A stretch of 64,000 bases of DNA. Source: Octopus bimaculoides. Taxonomy: Eukaryota. The stretch spans positions 277,182 through 341,181 of the forward strand of contig NC_068989.1 of NCBI RefSeq assembly GCF_001194135.2. The letters run 5' to 3'. This document shows, piece by piece, positions 23,779 through 35,670 of this stretch (its first letter is position 1; the number at the start of each line of letters is the position of its first letter). Both the position numbers and the translations under genes were made by a program. The notes under the pieces are model-generated. The model had not been told where the DNA came from. It made no database searches and saw nothing but the letters and a program-made list of their open reading frames with translations.

Positions 23779-24615
23779 NNNNNNNNNNNNNNNNNNNNNN
23801 NNNNNNNNNNNNNNNNNNNNNNNNNNNNNNNNNNNNNNNNNNNNNNNNNNNNNNNNNNNNNNNNNNNNNNNNNNNNNNNNNNNNNNNNNNNNNNNNNNNN
23901 NNNNNNNNNNNNNNNNNNNNNNNNNNNNNNNNNNNNNNNNNNNNNNNNNNNNNNNNNNNNNNNNNNNNNNNNNNNNNNNNNNNNNNNNNNNNNNNNNNNN
24001 NNNNNNNNNNNNNNNNNNNNNNNNNNNNNNNNNNNNNNNNNNNNNNNNNNNNNNNNNNNNNNNNNNNNNNNNNNNNNNNNNNNNNNNNNNNNNNNNNNNN
24101 NNNNNNNNNNNNNNNNNNNNNNNNNNNNNNNNNNNNNNNNNNNNNNNNNNNNNNNNNNNNNNNNNNNNNNNNNNNNNNNNNNNNNNNNNNNNNNNNNNNN
24201 NNNNNNNNNNNNNNNNNNNNNNNNNNNNNNNNNNNNNNNNNNNNNNNNNNNNNNNNNNNNNNNNNNNNNNNNNNNNNNNNNNNNNNNNNNNNNNNNNNNN
24301 NNNNNNNNNNNNNNNNNNNNNNNNNNNNNNNNNNNNNNNNNNNNNNNNNNNNNNNNNNNNNNNNNNNNNNNNNNNNNNNNNNNNNNNNNNNNNNNNNNNN
24401 NNNNNNNNNNNNNNNNNNNNNNNNNNNNNNNNNNNNNNNNNNNNNNNNNNNNNNNNNNNNNNNNNNNNNNNNNNNNNNNNNNNNNNNNNNNNNNNNNNNN
24501 NNNNNNNNNNNNNNNNNNNNNNNNNNNNNNNNNNNNNNNNNNNNNNNNNNNNNNNNNNNNNNNNNNNNNNNNNNNNNNNNNNNNNNNNNNNNNNNCTTTG
24601 CATATTGATTTACAG

Positions 24616-24975
24616 TGGAGGCGGCAGGCTCGCAGTCGTAGGATCGCGGTTTCGATTCTCAGAGCGGGCGTTGAGAGTGCTCATTGAGCGAAAACACCTA
24701 AAGCTCCATGAGGCTCTGGCAGGGGATGGTGGCGAATCTTGCTGTACTCTTTCACCACAACTTTCTCTCACTCTTTCTTTTTATTTCTGTCGTACCTGTA
24801 TTTCAAAGGGGCTGTTCTTGTCACACACTGTGTCACGTTGAATCTCCCCGAGAACCACGTTAAGGGTACACGTGTCTGTGAAGTGCTCACGTTAATTTCA
24901 CGAGCAGGCTGTTCCGTTGGTCGGATCAACTGGAACCCTCGTCGTCGTAACCGACGGAGTGTCACGATGATTGAT
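24616..24975 (+). mobile_element. tRNA-headed SINE (family C)
   Basis: Head with a B-box-like ggtttcgattc; the body ...cacgttaatttcacgagcaggctg...cgtcgtaaccgacggagtg recurs inverted at 26879-27056. Confidence 0.65.
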
Positions 24976-25331
24976 TTACAAGGTTTTTAATAACTTTCTG
25001 TACCGCGTCATATCGTATTTTTTGCTAAACTCGTTTTCCATTTTGCTTTGTTATTGTGTTTACATAAGCTTCCCCATGTTTCCGTAAAAGTTTATGTACA
25101 CATACTGGGAACATTCAAGACTTTCATCTAAGCCACAACAGAGACTTGTTATTGTATACAAACTTACGCCTCTTAATCGAAGAAACTGATACAGCGACTC
25201 CATTTCAATTGATAGAATCGACTTCCTCTAATCGAGTCAATGTATTGTGTTTACTCGTCCCATTGTAGCGGACAAAAAAAAAAAATTTAGTCTATTAGAT
25301 GTAAAACAACTTGCTTTGAAAGAATATCAAG

Positions 25332-25417
<86 letters not shown>

Positions 25418-25611
25418 TATATATTTAACATATGCGTTTTACTCCATTTACTAAATTCATATATTTACTCAGGTACCCAAAATAACAAGGAGTTTCTACT
25501 TCATAAACAGGAGTTACACCGCAGTCATTTTGTGATCTTTGCTACCCTGGTATCTATTAACCAATTTATTTTGTCCGAGTTAATTATTAACTTAGAGAAA
25601 ATAAATACATA

Positions 25612-25650
<39 letters not shown>
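25332..25650. repeat. Compound (CA)n(TA)n microsatellites
   Basis: Pure dinucleotide runs. Similar runs occur at about 1240-1272, 30380-30480, 32720-32778, 37300-37360 and 61125-61170. Confidence 0.9.
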
Positions 25651-25652
<2 letters not shown>

Positions 25653-25869
25653 CCTATTTCAAAGAAATTCGAACAATACATATAAGACCTAAGTTCAAAA
25701 GATTCTCAACAATTCAACTTCTCTGGTTGACATTAAGACACCCCCCCCCCCCAATAGGGGCCTTAACTCCCACATTTTAGAGCTCCATGACCTCCATTTT
25801 TTAGGAGCAAAATCCTTTTAACAGGTTCCATAAGACTGGAATTTTGGATTCTGCACATAAAGATCAGTA

Positions 25870-26050
25870 GTATAGGATACATGTGTCATGATTAGAATTT
25901 TTTTAGGGTGTGTAAAGAGGGAGAGAACCCCCGTCTGCAATTTGGATGAAATTTGAATCGTAGGTATTCCAGTTCATTAGAGAAAATATAACAGAAAAGT
26001 CTAATTCTACAATTGCATGTAACACGAGCAACGCCGGGTATCTCTGCTAG
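25870..26050 (+). mobile_element. Possible non-autonomous Helitron-like 3' end
   Basis: Ends gcaacgccgggtatctctgCTAG followed by T, resembling Helitron-type termini. No RepHel sequence is present. Confidence 0.4.
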
Positions 26051-26878
26051 TTTAGTATAAAGCAAAGGAATCTGTTTATTGTTGAGAATGTAAACAATAG
26101 CAAGAAAAAATGATTGAATGATTTATCGACCTTTAACCAAACGTTTCCATCATTTTTCTTTTTCTGTTTACTTAATTGTATCTTGATGCTTTGTTTAAAC
26201 TTGATATTTCTGACCGTAATATTTTGACCATCATCAAAGTTGTTACTGGAAATCGATGATTTATCCATTCTACTTAATTACGTGGGCTAGAAGAGATGTT
26301 GTTGTTCTTTTTATGCTTTTATTTTCAAAGTTAAGGGATTTCAAAGGAGAATTTAAAGAAAATCAAGAACCGGCAGCGAACGAAATGTAGAATTTTGTTG
26401 TGCGGGTCACATGTAAGTGTGCGTATGTTTGTGTTATGTGTAAATCGAAAAATTACAACAACATTTTTTCTCTCACTATACGTTAATGACAAACCCCACG
26501 GTTGGAACCTTCGCTATCAGCTGGACCATTGCAACATGTTACAAACCTGCAACTAAATTCCTTTTCTCCTCACCATCCACCCTGTTATACGGCCACTGCA
26601 GTACACCACCCTCCGCAATTTCCATTTCTTACAGTCCAACTTGCAACTGATCGCATCTGTCCACTCCACTTCCCACCTCTCCTCTTCCAAGAAAGGACAA
26701 TAGTCTGTGTGACCTCGTCGGAAGTACACTTGCTCCGAATTAAACTCAATTTGAAACCTTCACTTGCTCCATCACTCGATGTTACCCCTAGATCTACTAC
26801 ACACTTCTATGCGGCCCCAAATGCACATTTAATATACTTGATCACTTTTCCCCGCACTGTTTCTAGCCTTAAAAAACT

Positions 26879-27056
26879 GGCACTCTGTCGGTTACGACGA
26901 TGGATACTCCAGTTGATCCGATCACCGGAACGGCCTGCTCGTGAAATTAACGTGCAAGTGGCTGAGCACTCCACAGACACGTGTACTCTTAACATCGTTC
27001 TCAATGCAATCCAGCATAACACACAATGTGACAAGGCTGGTCCTTTGAATCACAGA
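26879..27056 (-). mobile_element. Family C SINE 3' part, inverted relative to the 24616 copy
   Basis: Reverse complement matches about 24800-24965. Confidence 0.7.
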
Positions 27057-27714
27057 CACAACTAACTTTGCTCAAGGACATTAAGCATCTTAGTTAAGGA
27101 CACCACCTTCGTGCATTGAATATCCCTAATCATTAAGCCACACATCTTTGTTTCCAACTTCATATAACGTTTAACATTTCGTCTCTGCAACTCAAGGAAC
27201 CTCATTTTTACACCACCTCTTCATGTATCACTAGTTTGGCTCCAGTACTCTCTCTCTCTCTCTCATTCGTCAGAACTATGCTTTCTTCCTTCTTGTTTTT
27301 CTTTTTTTCTTTTTGTGTCCATTTATGAGTTTCCCTATCCTAAGATTGCTGATTGCAGCTTGGTCTCCACAATGTTTTATAAATGTGCACATTCGTCTGG
27401 TTGCCTAATGTTCTGTGCACAGATACAGTCGCCAGTACGGCTGTGTATCTCTGCTCGTTATCTTTTTTGTGCGTTGCACTCACCACAACGCTACCTATCC
27501 CCTTTTTTAAAACATTCGAAATAACGTTCAGTTATTGTCCTTTCTTTATTGTTTATTGTCTCCTCCTCATTTCTTTTCTCCCTCCTCCTCCTCTCTTTCA
27601 TATCTCCTCTCTTTCGTTGACAACAGCTGGAAGAACACCTTTATCCTTTAATCGTTGTTGAATAACAAAAGCTCGAAGCATTATTTCTACATTCTTCAAA
27701 GTATTCTGTTTAAC

Positions 27715-27840
27715 ATTATTGCCTTTCATCCCTTCAGGCTCCATAAAATAAGTACCAGTTGTGTACTTGGGTCAATATAATCAACTTACCCTCTCCCCCA
27801 TAATTCCGGGCCTTGTGCCTAGAGTAAAAAGAATTATTGG
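27715..27840 (+). mobile_element. Family B SINE 3' part
   Basis: tttgcctttcatccc...ataaaataagtaccagttg...ggccttgtgcctagagtaaaaagaattatt; related to the 28140, 29920 and 60480 copies. Confidence 0.7.
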
Positions 27841-28139
27841 AATGGTTTCTTTTTCTCTAGAAATTTCATGCAAATAATTTTCTCCAGAATTTTTGGGAGA
27901 TGAGAGGTGCATAGGGAAGAGTAAGCCAAGATATAGACAAATGGCTGAAGGTTATTGGAACAGAATGTCCGGTAGAGCTCCTACAGAAAGTTTGTCTCTT
28001 AGGGAGAGCAAGGATTATCAGGAGGGTTCTAAGCACTTGAAAGACTGTTGAAAACTGTGGATACCTAAGGTTACATGTAGCACCCTGCTACCTACATAAA
28101 TCCTACCAGGAATAAGACAGAACCCTGAGTCAAACCAAA

Positions 28140-28300
28140 TAATAATAATAATAATAATCCTTTCTACTAAAGTCACAATTTGGGGGAAAGGGGTAAGTCA
28201 ATTACATTGACCCCAAAAGAACGAAAGGCAAAGCTATCTCAGTGGAATTTGAACTCACAACATAAAGATGGACGAAATGCTACTCAGCATTTTGCTTGGT
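28140..28300 (-). mobile_element. Degenerate family B SINE with (AAT)n tail
   Basis: aataataat...gtcaattacattgacccc...gaaaggcaaag...gaatttgaactcacaac. Confidence 0.6.
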
Positions 28301-28994
28301 GAGCTAATGATAATAATTCTTCAACCAGAAACAAGTTGTCCAATTTCACTCAGCACTATGCAACTATTAAATCCCCTCCCAATCCATAATGACCCTACTG
28401 TTTTATCTATTTTTGTTTCTAGACACCTGGGTATTGTTTCTGTTATTACACTTACATACATGTATGTATATTTTTCTTATTCTACGCATACACACATGCA
28501 CTCAAGGCTCGCACACACTTTCCTTTGGGAATTGTCGAATTGTGTTCATCTCCATCTTCTTCGCCTGTTCTGATCGAATGTAATCTTCATCTTTTGCATT
28601 GTCCTGTTTTATGGATTTCCATGCAACTCACGGTAGCATGTATTTAACCATCTGCAAACACTGGCATCTTGTAGTTCCCTCTCACACACTGCTATTTCTT
28701 TGCATTTTCAAGGATTCAAACTCCAAATGAGAAATTATCAGTTTGTGATCATGAGTGATCAATCACTACAGTTTCACGTGATTGATCAAAACATTGACCA
28801 ATGAGCATGAAGCTGTGACGTGGATGGCTCCTCAAATCTTCTAAACATCCACACCCTTTTACCCCAGTTAAACAGTTTGGAACCTAAATCCCTACAGACC
28901 GCAGTTAGCCTTGAAACAAGACACCTCGTGCTTCTCTTCTCGATGCTTGAACAATATGTGGAGGGTATTTGTATCTGCATTTTTTCTCTTCACA

Positions 28995-29170
28995 GCCATG
29001 TAGTATTGCTGTCCTATACACAGTCATCATACAACCTGCCTTTCGCCATGAGAAAGACGCCTTTTGTTACCAACAGAAGCAATAGGTCTCTGAACTTTCT
29101 CCTATCAGATCTTATCCTAGCAACTATGCTTTCAGAGCATCCACTTCCGTTGTTAATTAGATCATCTAGA
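28995..29170 (-). mobile_element. RTE-clade LINE ORF fragment
   Basis: Minus strand reads WRKFRDLLLLLVTKGVFLMAKGRLYDDCV/RTAILHGCE, matching the post-RT region of RTE LINEs (W.KFRELLP.L....KGRLYDACVR.AMLHGSE) from memory. Confidence 0.7.
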
Positions 29171-29919
29171 TAACAGAAACTGACTACTACTACTACTACT
29201 ACTACTTTTGGGGAACTTCTTGACCATTCCAGAACATCTCTTTTCTTGTGTGCTCTTATTATTTATTGCTCTTGCACATTCTTCATTCTCTGTAACCTTC
29301 CTCTCATCCCAGCGCACCTCTTCCTTATCCATAGTCTCTGCTGCTTACACCGTACACAATTTCTAAACCTGCCATCCTTGTCTACACACAGAACAGGACC
29401 ATTTCCTCATCACTCCTCACCTGTTATTCTATTCTCACTCAGTTCCCTTCACATCCACCTTTTCTGTTCCTCATATTCACCTTGTACACTGGCCTCGTTT
29501 TCTCTTTCTCACTGTCACTCTTTCTTTCTGTCTGTCTGTCTGTCCAGAGGGGCAAAGCCAAACTCTTCACCTGCTCAAGAAGTCACCAGCTCCCATCCCC
29601 TCTATCCTAGTTTCTTATTACTCAATTCTATACGCATTACATGGGTCTTATCTTGCAAGGATTTTTGACCTCGCTGAAGTTGGTGCCACCCTGTGAATTG
29701 GTTGGCATTATGAAGGGCTTCAGCTGTATGAACCATGTCAAAGCAGACAATGGAACTTGGCGCAGCACTCTGGCGCCTCTCTTCACACCGAACCACCCAA
29801 CCCATGCCAGCTTGAAAAAAGGAACGTTAAATAAAAATGATGATAATGAGGAGGAGGATTCATATGTACATGACTACTTCATTGACAGTGTTTAAATCGC
29901 AAAGAAAGAGCAATGTAGA

Positions 29920-30132
29920 GCAGTGAGCTGGCAGAATCATTGAACGCCAGACAAAGTACTTAACGACATCTTGTCCATCTTTACGTTCTGAGTTCAAATT
30001 CCTCCGAAGTTCACTTTGCCTGTCATCTTTTCAGGGCTGATAAAATAAGTACCAGTTGAGCACCGGAGTCAATCTAATCGATTGAACCCTTCCCCAAAAA
30101 TTTCTGGCCTTGTGCCAAAATTTGAAACCAAT
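29920..30132 (+). mobile_element. Near full-length family B SINE
   Basis: Head gagctggcagaatc...gagttcaaattcc; body gataaaataagtaccagttgagcac; end ggccttgtgccaaaatttgaaacca. Confidence 0.75.
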
Positions 30133-30292
30133 GAGTCATGCCTCTAGGCTAGAAACCAGCTCCAGTGGGTGAAAAGGTTAAAATATGAAACATCAAACGT
30201 ACACACACATACACACACATGTACACATACATATATACGGACATATATGTATTCATGTACACACACACATATATATACAGTATATACACACA

Positions 30293-30362
30293 CAGGATGG
30301 TGCAAAAGTAAGCTAACACTTGTATATTATATACACTGTATGACTACTTTTGCACCACCCTG
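30293..30362. mobile_element. 70-bp Tc1/mariner-type MITE
   Basis: 18-bp TIRs CAGGATGGTGCAAAAGTA / TACTTTTGCACCACCCTG with one mismatch, inside a (TA/CA)n tract. Confidence 0.6.
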
Positions 30363-30407
30363 TGTGTGTACATTATATATATATATANNNNNNNNNNGTG
30401 TGTGTAC

Positions 30408-30484
<77 letters not shown>

Positions 30485-31011
30485 TAATATACTTCAAATA
30501 ATATTTGTCTAGTCATTACGTTCACACTCCAAACTACGGTGTGTATTTGAACTGCTTTGTGACAATACAAACATTCAAGTCCTGGCTAGTTGCGTGCACA
30601 AAAACAAAATCAACTGGCAATCAAGAAATACGCATGAATAAAACAATTACACAAGTATTGTTTTTTCTAGGAATTGTTTTAATGTTTTTCTTTAAATTAT
30701 AGATGTGCTAAACATACATATACATATAAAAACATATATACAAACACACATACACACACATATATGTAAAGAGAGAGATAGAGTGGTGACAGGGAGACAG
30801 AGAAAGATAGAGAAGGAACAGAGAGGAAGATAAACACACACACACACACACACACACCTAAACACCTACGCACGCACACACATACACACACACAAATATA
30901 TAGCTAGCTGCAGGATTTGCTCAAAACCAATTTCAAAATCTTCACCAGCCTGACACCATCAATGAGATTTCTGATTTCTTCTATGTAAGTTGGATATTTT
31001 CTCAAACTTCC

Positions 31012-31100
31012 ATTATGTTTACAGGTGTAGATTATGTTTACAGGTGTAGATTACAGGTGTAGATTATGTTTACAGGTGTAGATTACAGGTGTAGATTATG
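31012..31100. repeat. Minisatellite of (TTATGT)TTACAGGTGTAGA units
   Basis: Five copies of ttacaggtgtaga, with or without a ttatgt spacer. Confidence 0.85.
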
Positions 31101-31239
31101 ACTGTATACATGCATGTATGGGTGTGTGCACCTGCATGTGTGCGTTTGTGTAAAATATGGTCCAAATGCAGGAAATATTTATATATGTAGAATATGTTTA
31201 CATGCTTAGAAATGTAGAATGTGTATATATGTATGTATA

Positions 31240-31845
31240 ATAATAATAATATGTGCCTGGCATACCCTTATCAGACTGGTAATCATGATGGGTATACTGA
31301 CCTTCGTATATTTTACCCCAGTGTCACTTTGATGGCAAGCACTGTTCTCTCACTCAATAATAATGGTATAAAAGACAGGCTACAGCAAATATTCTGCTCA
31401 ATACCACAGATTCTGCTTGTCAGTTGACCTTAACCAGTTGAGCATATCACTTATTGGCTGACAATATGTGCATCTCTGATCATGAGCAGAAGTAGTGGAG
31501 GAGCATCATAGCCATGTGTTAAGAGGAATTCTTTGGGGTTTGGATAATTCACCTTCGGAAACATGGGTGTTTCATTCAGAATCCTTAAACAACCCTTATT
31601 CAGGGACCTTTTGAGTGGGATGGGCTACTCAACCTGAAGAAAATTCTAACTGGGCTCCACCTGCAAGGTGATGCTCTGTATATATTGATAGGAGATCGCC
31701 ATGTTACTCACATATGGTTGTGATGCGTGTGCCTGGTATACCCTTATCAGATGGGTAGTCATGATGGGTATACTGGGTTTCGTATATTTTACCCCAATGT
31801 CACTTTGTTGGCACAACTCCTCTCTCACTCAATAATAACTAGAAA
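31240..31845. mobile_element. Interspersed repeat with a duplicated ~110-bp terminal segment ending in (AAT)n
   Basis: gtgcctgg.atacccttatcaga...ctctcactcaataataa occurs at about 31253-31362 and 31729-31838. Confidence 0.65.
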
Positions 31846-32729
31846 AGCACTCAGAGAGTGCAAACCTCTGCCAAGCAGCTCATTTCCACCCATGTCCACC
31901 CATGCTGAAAATCACCCAATTTCCCAAACCAACGCTGGCAAAAACATAACCTCCTCCCATACTTATCTCGACCATCATCATCATCAACATTTGTCTCTGC
32001 TTTCACCACAATCACTGTCAAAACTACGACCACCACAATCAGTTTCTTTACACAGTTGAAAATCCATTATCCGATACTCATGGGACCGAGATTGTTGCAG
32101 ATTTTTGATTTTTCTAATTTCGGATGGTGGATGTCAGTCGGTTAATGTGAACAGTGGCTTCTTTGCTGAGAGGAGGATAGTTTTGAACTGGCTGCGAAAA
32201 TAGTCAGTGTGAAGTTGGCAACGTAAAGAATGCGGAGTGGGAAGTTGGTCACCAGACTAACGTGAATTGTAAGCAAGAGAGGAGCCCAGTTGGAAAAGAT
32301 GGAAAATAAATCATTTGACTGGTGAATAAAAAAGCTCATCAAAAGAAGTTTATTCTACACATTTTAAAAGTAATACCAGAAACTATTTTCTCCATAAATT
32401 CAAATTCTTGACTTCATGAGTATCCTCTCTGTCGTGACTTGCAAGGTGCAAGAAGGCTGAAATGTGTACGGCATTCTTGCTTCCGGGACAATTCACCATC
32501 TCTGTATATGAAATGTAATATATGTTAAATAATACATACATACATATGTATTATTTAGCACAGCAGATCTATAAGAAATTTTATCTTGGACGAAAAGCAT
32601 TGTAACTTGCATTGTAATTTAATGTATGGATGTAAATTACATCCATACATTAAATATGGCACATAAACTACTAATTTAATACAAGTGTAATTTAATATAG
32701 GAATGTGTATGGGGGTTTGTGTGTGTATG

Positions 32730-32781
<52 letters not shown>

Positions 32782-33271
32782 GTCATTCAACTTTTCTCAA
32801 CTGATCAATAGACCAATTGAGTAAAACGACCTTAAAAATTAATGCTGTTTTCCTCAGAGCCATTTCTGGTTATATAACCAGAAATGGCTCCGACGAAAGT
32901 AGCATTAACTTTTAGGTCATTCAACTTTTCTCAAATGATCAATAGACCAACTGAGTAAACCTATCAGTTACAAACCTATAATGACTACTGGAAACAGTTG
33001 TAAGCCAAAATTACTCCAATAACGGGAAAATGTGTAATGACCATTATTAATACATTGTCTTGTATATCGCTCTGGGTAAAAAGCCAGTATAACTGGAACG
33101 CAACCACGGATTTACATTATAAAATGGTAATGAACTATAATCTCAGAGACCCTGCCACAAGAATACTTTGAGTTCTTCACTACTCTAGACAATATTGTTA
33201 GCCTGGTGTTCTAACAGACAGCTTATGAAGTATTCTGCTTGGATTGATAACTCTCCACTAATATCTCTGTA

Positions 33272-33302
<31 letters not shown>

Positions 33303-33371
33303 AAGGAACACATCTAGGCAATCAATACAAATTCCAAAGCATAATTTAAACATACACAACAAAATAAATAT

Positions 33372-33515
33372 AGGCGCAGGAGTGGCTGTGTGGTAAATAG
33401 CTTGCTTACCAACCACATGGTTCCAGGTTCAGTCCTACTGTGTGACACCTTGGTGAACTGTCTTCTACTATAGCCTCAGGCCGACCAAAGCCTTGTGAGT
33501 GGATTTGGTAGATGG
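33372..33515 (+). mobile_element. Family A SINE 5' half
   Basis: aggcgcaggagtggctgtgtgg...gccttgtgagtggatttggtagatgg, after which similarity stops abruptly. Confidence 0.8.
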
Positions 33516-35343
33516 CATCGTTCTTGGAATCACCAAGCTCGCACGTACTTCTTTGCCCCTCTTGTACGTGCTTCACAGCGTTCAGGACATACACACTTCA
33601 CGTCTGGCTGTACAGCCTTTTTGTTTGTTTATTTCACCGTTTCGTTTTCCGTCCGCCACTACCCTCCACGAAAACAATTTAATTTGTGTTCGTGGGAAGA
33701 ACCATTTTAACGATGCATACTGCCTTAATTCTTCGAAACGCCGGAGTTTTAATGGTGGCAGCTGATGAAGGGGATGTTTCTATTTTGCCTGCTTGTTTGT
33801 TGCACCTTGATTACCATTTTGTCCTTGTTCTTTTGCCACGTCATGTACCCAGTTATGTATCTATATGTACATGTAGATGAACGAAAATAAATATATAGTT
33901 TTAGGGAAAAGAACCAAGGTTCATGAACTCATCAATGAAAATCCACTGTCACATATAGAAAAATTAATAATTAAAAACACAATAAATGAGTATAATATAA
34001 TACAAAGTAAATATCATAAGATAAAGATAATAAAATGACTACATGTGGACTGTGAAGGGTTTTTCATTGCGGAGTTTAATGCTAACAGTAATGGTTGGAT
34101 ATGCTAAATAATGCTAATGGTTAAATAATGCTAAGTTATAGATGCATTAGCATGAAAACTGGTTTCATAGTGAACTTAACACAGACTCACTGAAAATACC
34201 TAAGAAGCATTTTGGAATCATAAATCTTTCATCTCTGATGGCAAGCATTTTGGAAAAAGTGATATGAAGTTTGCCTTTGGAAATGAGACAAAAGATATAC
34301 TTGTTTGGCTTTTCAAAGGATAAGAAATTTCTGTTAATTCTTTCCTTATATGAGTCAAAAAACTGGCAAAAATGAAAATGAATGATGTTCTGCAAGAAAT
34401 AAACATATGGTTGCTATCGTTGCCATATGACTCCGTATCCCTTCTCTGATGCTTTTACATGGTTGAGTCGTTTGGAATGAAGCTTGTGGTATACAGCCAT
34501 CAGTTATAATAATGTGGATGTTTGTTCAAATGATGATTGGCAACAATGTCAAAGCATTTTGATCAGAAATAGGCACAAGAATACTTCTAAGACTGCACTT
34601 TCCTACAATCCAATGACCCTCTCAATAGTATTTGTGGTGCATAAGATTTAACAAGTCAACAACCTCTATGACTAACCTATTTCTTCCAATCTGGATGGAC
34701 CTCAATGCACATAAATGACGCATACAAATTTGAAATATTTAAACAAGTAACTTACAGATTCACTACTAATACCTACCTGTTCCAGCACAACAGACTGTTT
34801 GCAGTCAATAAGGCAATGAAGTCAGACACGAGACTCAGAGAAAAATAATTTTTGTCTAATACTGGAATAAAAGTTACTGTACTAAAGTTTTCTGTCTGCA
34901 CAAACTCAGACAAAAAGTATTGCTGATATTTACACATTATTAAATTATGAATTAATTCCATTCATGTGAGAAACTCAATAGTATAATTAATGCTATGAAT
35001 GATGATAATATCTTGTAGGAAGCAATTCTTTTCTTCATTCTCTTTGCAATTATTCCAAATGCTCTGGGTCTCATACATTCAGCTACTTTTCCCAATATAT
35101 GAACAATTCATTAAAAAAAAATCTTTCACTTTTTTTTATTGGTAATTATAACTGACAATGAAAATTATTTAGTTAAGTTTAATTTTATTTTTGATTTTTA
35201 CTCAACTGTGTCACTTTATCATTATTTGGTTAAAATAGTCTAAATTTCAAATTTCTCCATGTCCACCTTCTCTTGTATTTTATTTTTGTTATTCAGGGCT
35301 TTCGAAAATTAACATTTGAAAATCTACACTCATCTTAAAGAAA

Positions 35344-35670
35344 ATGAAGCTTATTTTATTGAGTATTTTCCTTTCCACTTGCCACTTTAGCATTAAAGGA
35401 GTGGTCCCTCAGCAAGAACGACAAGCATCTTTCAAAGCAATAAATACTTGTGGCCTTAATAGTAAGATAGTGAATGCAAGTGAGATAAAATACACATCAA
35501 CAAGAATGCAATGTCTGGACTTGTGTTCCTGGAATTGGAAATGCAATGCAGTTACTCATTGCAGATATGGAGCAAAATTTTCTGTACAATGTCATCTCCA
35601 TGAAAATATCAATATAATCCATGACTGTAAGTACCATGAAAAGGTTCCTGAATGTTCATCATGGAAAAAG
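35344..35670 (+). CDS. Secreted protein exon 1: signal peptide and PAN/apple-like domain
   Basis: 109 codons; Cys pattern QCLDLCSWNWKCNAVTHC...VQCHLH typical of PAN modules; donor AAG/gtaaaa. Confidence 0.85.

Noticed and set aside
23725-24841. Long ORFs of 290-370 aa, with similar ones at 55310-56644 and 59254-60319
   Set aside because: They consist mostly of X from N gaps, with microsatellite-derived ends.
32055-32340. Possible pogo/Tigger-like transposon end (cagttgaaaatccattatccga)
   Set aside because: Only one TIR-like end and no convincing transposase motif; too degraded to call.
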